Assembly (NCBI GenBank): GCA_910585295.1
Contig: CAJUDE010000003.1
Coordinates: 2,321-66,320, forward strand
DNA length: 64,000 nt
Origin: an uncultured Lachnospiraceae bacterium
GTDB taxonomy: Bacteria > Bacillota > Clostridia > Lachnospirales > Lachnospiraceae
Direction of reading: 5' to 3'
Position numbers and translations under genes: made by a program. Of this stretch, positions 29,356 to 39,118 are shown piece by piece; the first letter of the stretch is position 1, and each line of letters starts with the position of its first letter. The notes below the pieces were generated by a model, which saw nothing but the letters and a program-made list of their open reading frames with translations, made no database searches and was not told the origin of the DNA.

Positions 29356-30192
29356 ATGGATGTGAAATCTGTGTTAGTCACTGGGGCGGCCGGGTATATG
29401 GGCCACCATGTGGTAAAAGCGTTTCTGGATGCCGGGTATCAGGTTTTGGTAAACGACTTAAATTATAAAGGGGTGGACGAGCGGGCAGTCCGCCAGGAGG
29501 CAGATATTTTCTCTGGTGAGAAAAATATCTACCAGCAAATGGGGGAGCCGGATTTGCTGGTGCATCTTGCCTGGCGGGATGGGTTTGTCCATAATTCAGA
29601 CGCCCATATGAAGGATTTGTCAAAGCATGTGACGTTTTTGAAGCATATGGTGGATGGCGGGCTGAAATCCTTGTCTGTGATGGGGAGCATGCATGAAGTA
29701 GGCTATTGGGAAGGCGCAATTGACGAGTCGTCGCCGTGCAGCCCGATGTCTATGTATGGGATTGCCAAAAATGCGCTGCGCCAGTTCCTTTTATTATATA
29801 CCCAGGAAAAGGATATTGTGGTCCATTGGCTGCGCGCCTATTACATTTATGGGGATGACGCCAGGGGAAGCTCTATCTTTGCCAAGCTTGTCCAGGCAGT
29901 GGAGGATGGGAAAGAGAAATTCCCATTTACCAGCGGGAAGAACCAATATGATTTTATCCATATTTCCCAGTTGGTGGAACAGATTGTCAAAGCAAGCGTC
30001 CAGGAGGAAGTGACGGGCATTATCAATGTTTGCAGTGGGGAGCCGGTATCCCTGGGGGAAAAAGTGGAAGAGTTTATCAAAAGCCACCGCTACAACATTC
30101 AGCTTGACTACGGGGCGTTTCCAGACAGGCCGTATGACTCCCCAATGGTATGGGGGGATCCTGCAAAAATCAGGAAGATCATGAAAGGATAA
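29356..30192 (+). CDS. NAD(P)-dependent sugar reductase, Tll-like (dTDP-6-deoxy-L-talose synthesis)
   Basis: GAAGYMG, HLAWRDGFVHN, GSMHEVGY, YGIAKNALRQ, WLRAYYIYGDD, FPDRPYDS closely recall the Tll reductase. Confidence 0.7.
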   Translation: MDVKSVLVTGAAGYMGHHVVKAFLDAGYQVLVNDLNYKGVDERAVRQEADIFSGEKNIYQQMGEPDLLVHLAWRDGFVHNSDAHMKDLSKHVTFLKHMVDGGLKSLSVMGSMHEVGYWEGAIDESSPCSPMSMYGIAKNALRQFLLLYTQEKDIVVHWLRAYYIYGDDARGSSIFAKLVQAVEDGKEKFPFTSGKNQYDFIHISQLVEQIVKASVQEEVTGIINVCSGEPVSLGEKVEEFIKSHRYNIQLDYGAFPDRPYDSPMVWGDPAKIRKIMKG

Positions 30193-30195
30193 GAG

Positions 30196-31002
30196 ATGAA
30201 GCAATATAACCATTATACAGGAAAAGATTTTACCATTGTAATTTGCGCTTATGGAACCTGTGAATATTTGGAAAAATGCATCCGCGCCATAAAAAGGCAG
30301 ACAGTTAAGCCAAAGGTGTTGATTTCCACTTCCACGCCCAATGGGCATATTTGCGGGCTGGCGGAGAAGTACCATATTGAGGTGCGGGTAAACCCCAATG
30401 GCGGGCATGTCAGGGACTATAATTTTGCCATAAGGCAGGCAAGCACAGAATTGTGCATGCTGGCGCACCAGGACGATTTGATTGAGAAGACATTTGTAGA
30501 ACAGAACCTTCGGGCGTTAAACCGAAGCAAACGCCCAATTATTTCTTTTTGCAATTATCTGGAGATGCACGAGGATAAGGTGGATAAAAAGCCTTCTACA
30601 ATGGTAAAGGTGAAAAGGATTATGTTGCTGCCCTTAAAAGTGCCGGGGCTGGGGCGGACTATGTTTGGGAAATGGCTGATCCAGTGCATGGGGGACCCAA
30701 TCACCCACCCAACCGTAGTGTGCGTGAAAAAGGAGATGCCAAAAGAGATTTTCCAGGAAAAGTACAAGGCTTCCATGGATTGGGATTTATGGCAGAGGCT
30801 TTCTAAACAAAAGGGTGAGTTTGTATATGTCGGCCAGGTGCTATTGTACCACAGGATGAACAAGGAAAATGCAACTGCAAAGCTTTTTGCGCATACCAAT
30901 GCCAGGTACGAAGAAGAATATGAGATTATGTGCCGGTTTTGGCCAAAATGGGTTGCAAAGGTTATTATGCATTTCTATTCTAAGACCGCAAAGTATTATT
31001 AG
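30196..31002 (+). CDS. Glycosyltransferase family 2
   Basis: FTIVICAY, LAHQDD, HPTV, MDWDLW. Confidence 0.85.
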   Translation: MKQYNHYTGKDFTIVICAYGTCEYLEKCIRAIKRQTVKPKVLISTSTPNGHICGLAEKYHIEVRVNPNGGHVRDYNFAIRQASTELCMLAHQDDLIEKTFVEQNLRALNRSKRPIISFCNYLEMHEDKVDKKPSTMVKVKRIMLLPLKVPGLGRTMFGKWLIQCMGDPITHPTVVCVKKEMPKEIFQEKYKASMDWDLWQRLSKQKGEFVYVGQVLLYHRMNKENATAKLFAHTNARYEEEYEIMCRFWPKWVAKVIMHFYSKTAKYY

Positions 31003-31013
31003 AAGGGGGCGCT

Positions 31014-32051
31014 ATGAAGCTAAGTGAAATAACCAGGGGGAGGGAAAATAACCTGGATTTTATCCGCTTTTGGGCGGCGGCTTTGGTGATTTTCTGCCAT
31101 GCATTCCCCATCAGCCTTGGCGGGGAGAACGTGGATATCCTTGGCAGGCTGACGGGCAGCCAAATGCATTTTGGCAACCTGGCGGTATGTATTTTCTTTT
31201 TTTACGGCGGGTTCTTGATTAGCAAGAGCGCAGAACGGCTGCAGGGGGCAAAGCCTTATTTTAAGGCAAGGGCGCTTCGGCTGTTCCCTTGCCTGGCTGC
31301 AGTGACTTGCCTGCTGGCCCTTGTGGCAGGGCCAATCCTAACGGAATTGAGCCTTGGGGAATACTTTAAGGATATGGGAACCTGGAAGTACTTGCTGAAT
31401 TCGGTTATGGTGTTGGTGCATGATTTGCCTGGGGTATTTGGGGGGAATATTTATAATGGTACGGTAAATGGTTCCTTATGGACGCTTCCCATAGAGTTTT
31501 TATGCTATATTATGTGCTTTTTGGCGCTAAAACTTAAATTCTTAAATGAGAAAAATGCAAAATGGATGGTTATGCTGTTTGCAGCAGGTTATTTGGCGGC
31601 GGCGAAGTTATTGGCAAATTCCGAAGTGCTAAGCGCGGCGCTTCGCCCTACAGGGCTGTTCTTTGCTGGCATGGTATATTATGTGTATCGGGATAAAATA
31701 ACCATAAAGGCCTGGGTTGCTGCAGTTTGCGCGGCCATCCTGGCAGCCAGCGCGGCATTCCATTTGCTAGGGGTTGCAGTGTTCTTTTGCTTTCCTTATT
31801 TTATGATGTATCTAGGGTTTGGGACTAAGCGGAAATTAAGTGGGTTTGCGAAAAAGGGGGAAATTTCTTACGGGATGTATTTATGCGGCTGGCCCATCCA
31901 ACAGATGGTATGCCAGGGGTTTGGCGGGCGGATGGACCCATACCTGAATGCGCTGCTTGCATTTCCGATTGCGATTTTGTGTGGGATTTTGTTGAACAGG
32001 TTTGTGGAACAGCCCATAGGCAGCATGGCGGGGACAGGAAGAAAGGAATAA
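31014..32051 (+). CDS. Acyltransferase-3 family O-acyltransferase
   Basis: LDFIRFWAAALVIFCH, AVCIFFFYGGFLI, RALRLFP, LWTLPIE, ISYGMYL. Confidence 0.88.
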   Translation: MKLSEITRGRENNLDFIRFWAAALVIFCHAFPISLGGENVDILGRLTGSQMHFGNLAVCIFFFYGGFLISKSAERLQGAKPYFKARALRLFPCLAAVTCLLALVAGPILTELSLGEYFKDMGTWKYLLNSVMVLVHDLPGVFGGNIYNGTVNGSLWTLPIEFLCYIMCFLALKLKFLNEKNAKWMVMLFAAGYLAAAKLLANSEVLSAALRPTGLFFAGMVYYVYRDKITIKAWVAAVCAAILAASAAFHLLGVAVFFCFPYFMMYLGFGTKRKLSGFAKKGEISYGMYLCGWPIQQMVCQGFGGRMDPYLNALLAFPIAILCGILLNRFVEQPIGSMAGTGRKE

Positions 32052-32059
32052 GGTCAGAA

Positions 32060-33847
32060 ATGGAAGGGTCAGTAATAAGCTCAATTTTCTTTATGGTGAG
32101 TTTCGGGTTGGTATATGCTGGGGCGTTCCGGCTCCAAAAATCAGAAAAGCCGTTAAACGGCGTGGTCTGGGTGATGATGGATTTCCTTACTGTGCTGTGC
32201 TGGGGCGCTTTTTGCGCAGGGCTAATTAATATGGTTCGGATACCGGTAAATATTGTCAGCATGGGGCTGGTGTACCTGGTTTCCGGGGCTGCCCTATTTT
32301 ACAAAGCCCATAGAGATGGGGAAACCCAAAAATACCAATGGAACAGATATGATTTTTTATACGTTGCCCTGGTGGGAGGGGCGGTGTTTGCCTTGCTGGC
32401 AGCCCGCATTACCCCACGCCTTGATTTTGTGTTCAATAACAGCGATGCAGCAGTGCATTTACGCAATTCCCTTACAATTGTAAGGACGGGGAACTTGGAT
32501 ACCATGTATTTTGCGCCGTTACATAATGCTTTGGTGACAGAGGTGTTCCTTCCACTGATAAGGAAAACTGACACGTATAAGGTGTTTCTGGTGGTGGATG
32601 GCGCGGCTTTTGTCCTGGAGGCAGTGTTTTTTATGGCCCTGATACGGGAATACCTCCAGAAAACGATATTAAAAGGGCTGGGGATTTTGATTGGGTTTGC
32701 CTATGTGTTCGGCTATCCGATGCATAGTTACCTGTTTTCCTTTTTCTATTGGGGGATTTGCGTGATGCTGATTGGGTATGCATTGCTGATGCTGCGGGAA
32801 TATTCTGCAGGGAAACTTAAGGAAAATATTACAATTTTTTGCTTGATGGCATGCTGCGCTTCCATTACTATGTGTTATATGTTGTTCGGCCCTGTCAGTT
32901 ATGTGGCAGTGTTCTTATGCCTTTGTATTAATTTTCAGAAAAGGGGTACATTATTTTCCTGGAATACGGTAAAAATATCATTGCAGGTTTTTTTGCTCCC
33001 CTGCATTCTTTCTGTGTATTACTGCTATTTTATGTTCCTGAAAAAACAGGGGCTGTCGGTTGGAGGGACCCTTGGCCTGCAAGGGGCGATTTATGGGGAA
33101 TTGTTTATCAACTTTATCTGGCTGACGCCTTTTGTGCTGTATATGCTGGTGCGTTCCCTGAAAGAAAAGCATTTGGATGGGGCGATGGTTTTTTTCCTGT
33201 GTTTTTCTGGTATGGTATTGGCAATGGGAGGGCTTGCCGTGGCAGGAAAAGCTTCCCAATATTATTATTTTAAGTTTTACTATCCTGTTTGGATGCTTGG
33301 GTTCGTGGTATTGGCTCAGGGCGTTTCTAAATTATATGAAGAATCTAGGGATTTTTTGGTTGCTGGGATTTTGATGGTGGTGTTTGTGGCGGCAATCAGC
33401 GCGACAAAATTAGAAACAAAAGCGCAGGCGCGCGGGATTGGCTGGGGCGACCACACTTCTGAATTGTTTGGCATTTATTATTACAACGCGTCCTCGTACC
33501 AACTCAGGCTAAAGCCTTTCAATAAAGACCTTTTGGACGCCAGCAATTATATTATGGAGGAATTTGGGAAAGACGAGAATGTACCAATGATTTCCACCCT
33601 CCCGAATTATGTGCAGTGCTATTGGTACGAAGCCTTGACAGGAGAAGATTCCAGCGAGTATTACGGCTGGGATTATGGGATGGGCGAGATTAAGCGCAAG
33701 CTAAAGAACCAGGAAGTGGAGCATTTTATAGTAGGCAAGTTTTTTAAGGTATATAAAAAAAATAAAAGGTTTTTTAAGAAGTTCAATTGGGTCTATGAAA
33801 ACAAAACGGTATTTGTGGCGGAAACAAAACCGAAGGTTTGCAAATAG
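32060..33847 (+). CDS. Polytopic membrane protein, possible GT-C glycosyltransferase
   Basis: ~595 aa, many TM, NSDAAVH loop; start chosen after the acyltransferase stop codon. Confidence 0.5.
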   Translation: MEGSVISSIFFMVSFGLVYAGAFRLQKSEKPLNGVVWVMMDFLTVLCWGAFCAGLINMVRIPVNIVSMGLVYLVSGAALFYKAHRDGETQKYQWNRYDFLYVALVGGAVFALLAARITPRLDFVFNNSDAAVHLRNSLTIVRTGNLDTMYFAPLHNALVTEVFLPLIRKTDTYKVFLVVDGAAFVLEAVFFMALIREYLQKTILKGLGILIGFAYVFGYPMHSYLFSFFYWGICVMLIGYALLMLREYSAGKLKENITIFCLMACCASITMCYMLFGPVSYVAVFLCLCINFQKRGTLFSWNTVKISLQVFLLPCILSVYYCYFMFLKKQGLSVGGTLGLQGAIYGELFINFIWLTPFVLYMLVRSLKEKHLDGAMVFFLCFSGMVLAMGGLAVAGKASQYYYFKFYYPVWMLGFVVLAQGVSKLYEESRDFLVAGILMVVFVAAISATKLETKAQARGIGWGDHTSELFGIYYYNASSYQLRLKPFNKDLLDASNYIMEEFGKDENVPMISTLPNYVQCYWYEALTGEDSSEYYGWDYGMGEIKRKLKNQEVEHFIVGKFFKVYKKNKRFFKKFNWVYENKTVFVAETKPKVCK

Positions 33848-33925
33848 AGCCTGAGAATGTTATAATGTAAAGGATTTATAATTGTTGGGATAGATAAAAG
33901 AAACAGACAAAGGAGGGACTCTGGG

Positions 33926-35008
33926 ATGAGGACTTATCTGGTAACAGGAGGAGCCGGGTTTATCGGTTCTAATTATATTCAATATATGTTCCGCAAATAT
34001 GGCAGTGAAATTCGGATTATCAATGTGGACAAGCTGACTTATGCTGGGAACTTGGAGAATTTAAAAGATGTGGATTCCAGGGAGAATTACACATTTGTAA
34101 AGGCGGATATCTGTGACAGGGAGGCAATCCGAAAGATATTTGCAGAAAATGACATTGACCGGGTGGTGCATTTTGCGGCAGAAAGCCATGTGGACAGAAG
34201 CATCCGTAATCCAGAAGTGTTTGTACAGACCAATGTCTTAGGGACGGCGGTTATGCTGAATTGCGCCAAGGAAGCCTGGGAGAAGGAGGATGGAAGTTTC
34301 CGGGAAGGGAAGAAGTTCCTCCATGTTTCTACCGACGAGGTATATGGTTCCCTGGAAGAGGATGGGGCGTATTTCTATGAGACAACCCCATACGACCCCC
34401 ACAGCCCATATTCTGCAAGTAAGGCCAGCTCTGATTTCCTGGTGAAAGCTTATATCGACACATACCGTTTCCCAGCGAATATCACAAACTGCTCGAACAA
34501 TTATGGGCCGTATCAGTTTCCAGAGAAGTTGATCCCCTTGATTATTAACAATGCGCTGCAGGGGAAGAAGCTTCCAGTATATGGGGATGGCAAGAATGTC
34601 CGGGACTGGCTGTATGTGGACGACCATGCAAAGGGCATTGATATGGTCCAGGAGCATGGGAGGCTTGGGGAAACCTACAATATAGGCGGGCATAATGAGA
34701 AACAAAATATTGAGATTATCCATATTATCTTAGAGACGCTGCAGGAAATGCTGCCGGAGGGAGACCCCAGGAAAGAGCTGGTAAGCAAGGACTTAATCAC
34801 TTATGTAGAAGACCGGAAAGGGCATGACAGGCGGTATGCGATTGCGCCGGATAAAATTAAGGCGGAAATTGGCTGGGAGCCGGAAACCATGTTTAAAGAG
34901 GGGATACGTAAGACCATCGCCTGGTTTTTTGAACATGAGGATTGGATGAAAAATGTGACCAGCGGGGATTACCAAAAATACTATGAAGAAATGTACCAAA
35001 ATAAGTAA
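33926..35008 (+). CDS. rmlB: dTDP-glucose 4,6-dehydratase
   Basis: GGAGFIG, DKLTYAGN, AAESHVDRSI, STDEVYG, YSASKA, DRKGHDRRY. Confidence 0.97.
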   Translation: MRTYLVTGGAGFIGSNYIQYMFRKYGSEIRIINVDKLTYAGNLENLKDVDSRENYTFVKADICDREAIRKIFAENDIDRVVHFAAESHVDRSIRNPEVFVQTNVLGTAVMLNCAKEAWEKEDGSFREGKKFLHVSTDEVYGSLEEDGAYFYETTPYDPHSPYSASKASSDFLVKAYIDTYRFPANITNCSNNYGPYQFPEKLIPLIINNALQGKKLPVYGDGKNVRDWLYVDDHAKGIDMVQEHGRLGETYNIGGHNEKQNIEIIHIILETLQEMLPEGDPRKELVSKDLITYVEDRKGHDRRYAIAPDKIKAEIGWEPETMFKEGIRKTIAWFFEHEDWMKNVTSGDYQKYYEEMYQNK

Positions 35009-35016
35009 GCAAGCAG

Positions 35017-35039
35017 GGCGTGTAAGTTACTTACACGCC
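35017..35039. terminator. Stem-loop after rmlB
   Basis: Perfect 10-bp stem GGCGTGTAAG-tta-CTTACACGCC; weak U tail. Confidence 0.55.
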
Positions 35040-35167
35040 TGGCGTTGCGTTTATGGGGAATTTTACCAAAATTTTCTAAGGTTCTTTGTAACATATTTAC
35101 ATCACATTTCTTTTTTATGATATATAATGAAATAAAATAATTCAAATGGCGAAAGAAGGTTCAGCTT

Positions 35168-38143
35168 ATGGAGAAACGTATGATGGCGTTGCTGTTGTCA
35201 GTGTTCCTTGCATGTAACACCAGTGTGGGGGCGCTCTGTGAGGCAGGGGGAGTATCCGCATGGACACAGGAAAACGGGGCGGCGCTGCAGGCAGAAGAGG
35301 GGAATAAGGATAATAATTCGGGCAGTCAGAAGCCAGGAGAAGGGGATAGCGAAGGAGGGGAGGCTCCGGGGCAGGGGGCAGAACCTGGGAACCCAGGCGG
35401 CGCTGCAGATAAGCCAGAAATGGGGGAGGACCCTGCGGATAAGCCGGAAGGCGGCAGCCCTGTAGAGAACCCCGGGGACGGGGGCGGCTCCGAACAGGTT
35501 CAGGCAGAGCATACCATAACCTTTGACTTTAACGGCGGCACGGCGTCTGGCGCGTCCCCGACGGAAAAAGTGAAGGACGGGGAAAACCTGAACTCCATTG
35601 TGCCGCCAGTCCCTGTACGCACAGGGTATAAGTTTCAATATTGGCTCGACGCAAGCGGGAGGAAATACGATACAGCACAGCCGATTTATGGGGACATCAC
35701 ACTGGTTGCATACTGGCAGCCAATTACTTATAAAATCCGTTTTGAATTAGGGGGCGGGGCCGGGTCAATGCCGGACCAGACATTTACCTATGATGAAGAG
35801 AAATCAATTTTCCCAAATGCTTTTACCAGGGGCGGCCATGTCTTTGTAGAATGGGAATGGCGGGGGACTAGCCTGAAATACCAAGATAAGGCGGTGGTGA
35901 AGAATTTAACCAGCCAGGATGGCCAGGTCCTGAAATTCCGTGCAAAGTGGACCAAGGTGAAATATAAGGTTCGATTTGACGCAAACGGCGGGACAGGGCA
36001 AATGGACCTTCAGGAACATACCTTTTTTCAGCAAAAGGCGTTGTCCAGCAATAAATATAAACGGGCAGGCTATACGTTTGACGGGTGGAACACCAAAAAG
36101 GATGGGACGGGCATTTCTTATAAAAATAAAGAAAAGGTGACTTCCATGACTGACGTGCATGGGTCTACGGTTGTCTTGTACGCCATGTGGAAGGGAATCC
36201 CATATAAGGTGAAGTACGACGGGAACGGCGCCACCAGCGGGAGCATGGCAGACAGCAGCCATGTCTATGGCGCCTCATCTTCTTTAAATAAAAATAAGTT
36301 TAAGAAAAAAGGGTGTTCGTTTAAAGGGTGGAATACGAAAAAAGACGGAAAAGGGGTTACGTATAAAGACGGGGCCAGCATAAAGGACCTAACCACGAAA
36401 AAGGACCAGGCAATTACGCTATATGCCCAATGGACTACGGCAAAGTATAAAATTACATATAAGAAGAACGGCGGCAAGCTGGCGTCTTCTGCGAAAAAAA
36501 CATATACCATAGATTCTAACTTTACGCTCCCAAGGCCTACCAAGAAAGGATATGATTTTGACGGGTGGTACCAGACATCGAAATTCAAAAAGAGGATTGG
36601 GGAAATTACAAAAGGCAGCACTGGGAACCTCACCCTTTACGCAAAGTGGGTGAAATGCACACAAAAGCCGAAGTCAGACTCCGCCAAGCTTACTTCCTGC
36701 AAAGCCACGGGGACAGGGAAAATAAGCGTGAAGGCAACAGTGAAAAAAAGGGTGGCAAGCTCGGATGATTACTATTACCTGATGTATTTGAACCCTTTTA
36801 ATAAGAGGACGCTTAAAGTTGCCGCAAAGGCATACAAGAAGAAAAGCATCACCTATACGTTAAAGACAACTGAAAACCCTGGGTATGCGGTTTCCATGTA
36901 TGGGATAGCCGTAAAAAAGAGTGGGAAATACCAGTTAATCAGCAACGGCTCCTATGTTGGGACTGTGGAGAAGGCGGCTTCCAATAAGGCGAAGTACAAT
37001 CCAGGCTCCACAAAGAAAGGGATACAGTTCCAAAACAGCATGGATGAAATTTATGCTTGCGGGGCCAAGCAGAACTTTTTAAATGTTACTGCCTCCATGG
37101 TGCTGAACAATGCCACAGTCCCCTACTATTATAATGGGAAGACATACTATTTTAACGCTATGGAAAGCTACCAGAATATTGTGATGGATTGCAATAAGAA
37201 CGGCATCACGGTTACAATGCAGATAATGCTGGATTGGGTGGAAGGCCATGCGGATTTGATTGACCCAAAGGCAAGGGCGGCAGGCGCAGCGCCTTTCTAT
37301 AGCTGGTTTGTCACAAATAGCGAGGCCAGGCAGAAAATGGAAGCCATGTTCTCTTACCTGGGCATGGTGTTTGGGAAGAAAAACTGCTATACCTCCAACT
37401 GGATTTTGGGAAATGAGGTAAATAACCCAGCTATGTGGCATTACAAGGGCAGCATGTCGACAGGGGAATATTTTAAGTCCTATACTTATGCGTTCCGGGC
37501 ATTGTACCATGCGGTGAAAAGCCAGCAGGCAAATGCAAATATTTTTATCTGCACAGATAACCTTTGGAATACCTCTCCCTCTGGGGGGTACAGCGCATGG
37601 CAGGTCATAAACTCTTTTACCTCCAAGCTAAATAGCATGCAGCCAGGGCTGAAATGGAACCTTGCGTACCATGCCTATTCCTTCCCATTGACATATACCA
37701 AGTTCTGGGATGGCTATGGAGTTACAGACGAGATCCATTCCCCTTATATTACCATGAAGAATATAGGGGTGCTGACCAACTATATTAAGAAAACATATGG
37801 CCGCTCGGTGCGGATTATTTTGTCAGAGCAGGGGTATTCCTCGACTTGGGGGCAGTCAACTCAGGCGGCGGCATTGGCATACAGCTATTATATTGCGGCA
37901 TGCAACCCAATGATTGACGCGTTTATTATCAGGAGCTATTTGGACCATCCCGTAGAGGTGGCGCAGGGGCTTAGTATGGGGATTGCAGGGAAAGAGGCGT
38001 TTGACGTATATAAATATATGGATACCACAAGCTCCAACGCCTACACAAACCGTTACCTTGGGATGCTGGGCGGCTCAGTCTGGGAGAGCCTAGTGCCAGA
38101 ATACCATCTGTCCAGAATTATAAAAATGTACCGTAAGACATGA
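35168..38143 (+). CDS. Secreted protein with InlB B-type repeats and a C-terminal glycoside-hydrolase-like (DUF5722-like) domain
   Basis: Signal peptide; about five repeats of the FDxNGG...GYxFxGW...LYAxW type; WILGNEVN and IILSEQG (clan GH-A-like Glu pair). Confidence 0.75.
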   Translation: MEKRMMALLLSVFLACNTSVGALCEAGGVSAWTQENGAALQAEEGNKDNNSGSQKPGEGDSEGGEAPGQGAEPGNPGGAADKPEMGEDPADKPEGGSPVENPGDGGGSEQVQAEHTITFDFNGGTASGASPTEKVKDGENLNSIVPPVPVRTGYKFQYWLDASGRKYDTAQPIYGDITLVAYWQPITYKIRFELGGGAGSMPDQTFTYDEEKSIFPNAFTRGGHVFVEWEWRGTSLKYQDKAVVKNLTSQDGQVLKFRAKWTKVKYKVRFDANGGTGQMDLQEHTFFQQKALSSNKYKRAGYTFDGWNTKKDGTGISYKNKEKVTSMTDVHGSTVVLYAMWKGIPYKVKYDGNGATSGSMADSSHVYGASSSLNKNKFKKKGCSFKGWNTKKDGKGVTYKDGASIKDLTTKKDQAITLYAQWTTAKYKITYKKNGGKLASSAKKTYTIDSNFTLPRPTKKGYDFDGWYQTSKFKKRIGEITKGSTGNLTLYAKWVKCTQKPKSDSAKLTSCKATGTGKISVKATVKKRVASSDDYYYLMYLNPFNKRTLKVAAKAYKKKSITYTLKTTENPGYAVSMYGIAVKKSGKYQLISNGSYVGTVEKAASNKAKYNPGSTKKGIQFQNSMDEIYACGAKQNFLNVTASMVLNNATVPYYYNGKTYYFNAMESYQNIVMDCNKNGITVTMQIMLDWVEGHADLIDPKARAAGAAPFYSWFVTNSEARQKMEAMFSYLGMVFGKKNCYTSNWILGNEVNNPAMWHYKGSMSTGEYFKSYTYAFRALYHAVKSQQANANIFICTDNLWNTSPSGGYSAWQVINSFTSKLNSMQPGLKWNLAYHAYSFPLTYTKFWDGYGVTDEIHSPYITMKNIGVLTNYIKKTYGRSVRIILSEQGYSSTWGQSTQAAALAYSYYIAACNPMIDAFIIRSYLDHPVEVAQGLSMGIAGKEAFDVYKYMDTTSSNAYTNRYLGMLGGSVWESLVPEYHLSRIIKMYRKT

Positions 38144-38152
38144 TTCACAGCC

Positions 38153-38181
38153 TTGCATACATACTGGAAAAATGATAAAAT
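38153..38181 (+). promoter_or_regulatory. Sigma-A-type promoter for rmlA-rmlC
   Basis: TTGCAT-17 bp-TAAAAT with TG extension. Confidence 0.55.
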
Positions 38182-38222
38182 AAGCTATTATAAACTTTAG
38201 AGTATGTATTTGGAGGAAACTC

Positions 38223-39101
38223 ATGAAAGGAATTATTTTAGCCGGAGGTTCCGGAACAAGGCTGTACCCATTGACAAAAGCGATATCCAAGCAGATTATG
38301 CCAGTGTACGACAAGCCGATGATTTATTACCCATTGTCAACGCTGATGCTTGCTGGGATCCGTGAGATACTGATTATTTCCACTCCCAGGGACCTTCCTG
38401 TTTTCCAGGAACTTCTGGGGGATGGGACCCAATTGGGCATGGAATTTTCCTATGCAGTGCAGGAGCAGCCCCGGGGGCTTGCCGACGCGTTTATTATCGG
38501 TGCGGAATTTATCGGGAAAGACGCAGTGGCTTTAGTGCTTGGGGACAATATTTTTTATGGACAAAGTTTTTCTAATGTACTAAAGAGGGCTGCCGAGCAG
38601 ACAGAGAGCCAGCCGGGGGCTACTATTTTTGGGTATTATGTAAGGAACCCACGGGAATATGGCGTAGTGGAATTTGACCCGGACGGGAGGGCCCTTTCCA
38701 TTGAGGAGAAGCCAGAACATCCCAAATCTAACTATGCTGTGCCAGGGCTATATTTTTATGACAATGATGTCGTGGAGATTGCAAAGAATGTAAAGCCTTC
38801 CGCCCGGGGGGAAATTGAGATTACCAGCGTAAACAACGAGTACCTGCAACGGGGCAGCCTGCGGGTGGAGACATTAGGGCGCGGGTTTGCATGGCTGGAT
38901 ACCGGGAACCAGGATATGCTGCTGGCGGCGGCAGATTTTGTATCTGCATTCCAGAAGCGGCAGGGCCTGTATATTTCCTGTATTGAAGAGATTGCCTATA
39001 AACGGGGGTTTATCAATGTGGGTCAGCTTCGGAAGCTGGCAGAGCCTTTGTTAAAGACAGAATATGGTAAATATTTGATGGAAATTGCAGATGGGCTATA
39101 A
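38223..39101 (+). CDS. rmlA: Glucose-1-phosphate thymidylyltransferase
   Basis: [45 protein letters not shown]. Confidence 0.97.
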   Translation: MKGIILAGGSGTRLYPLTKAISKQIMPVYDKPMIYYPLSTLMLAGIREILIISTPRDLPVFQELLGDGTQLGMEFSYAVQEQPRGLADAFIIGAEFIGKDAVALVLGDNIFYGQSFSNVLKRAAEQTESQPGATIFGYYVRNPREYGVVEFDPDGRALSIEEKPEHPKSNYAVPGLYFYDNDVVEIAKNVKPSARGEIEITSVNNEYLQRGSLRVETLGRGFAWLDTGNQDMLLAAADFVSAFQKRQGLYISCIEEIAYKRGFINVGQLRKLAEPLLKTEYGKYLMEIADGL

Positions 39102-39118
39102 GAGGAAGGAGGCAGGCA

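Noticed and set aside
29356..30192. SDR as the missing HldD heptose epimerase
   Set aside because: Shorter than HldD and its motifs match Tll-type reductases better
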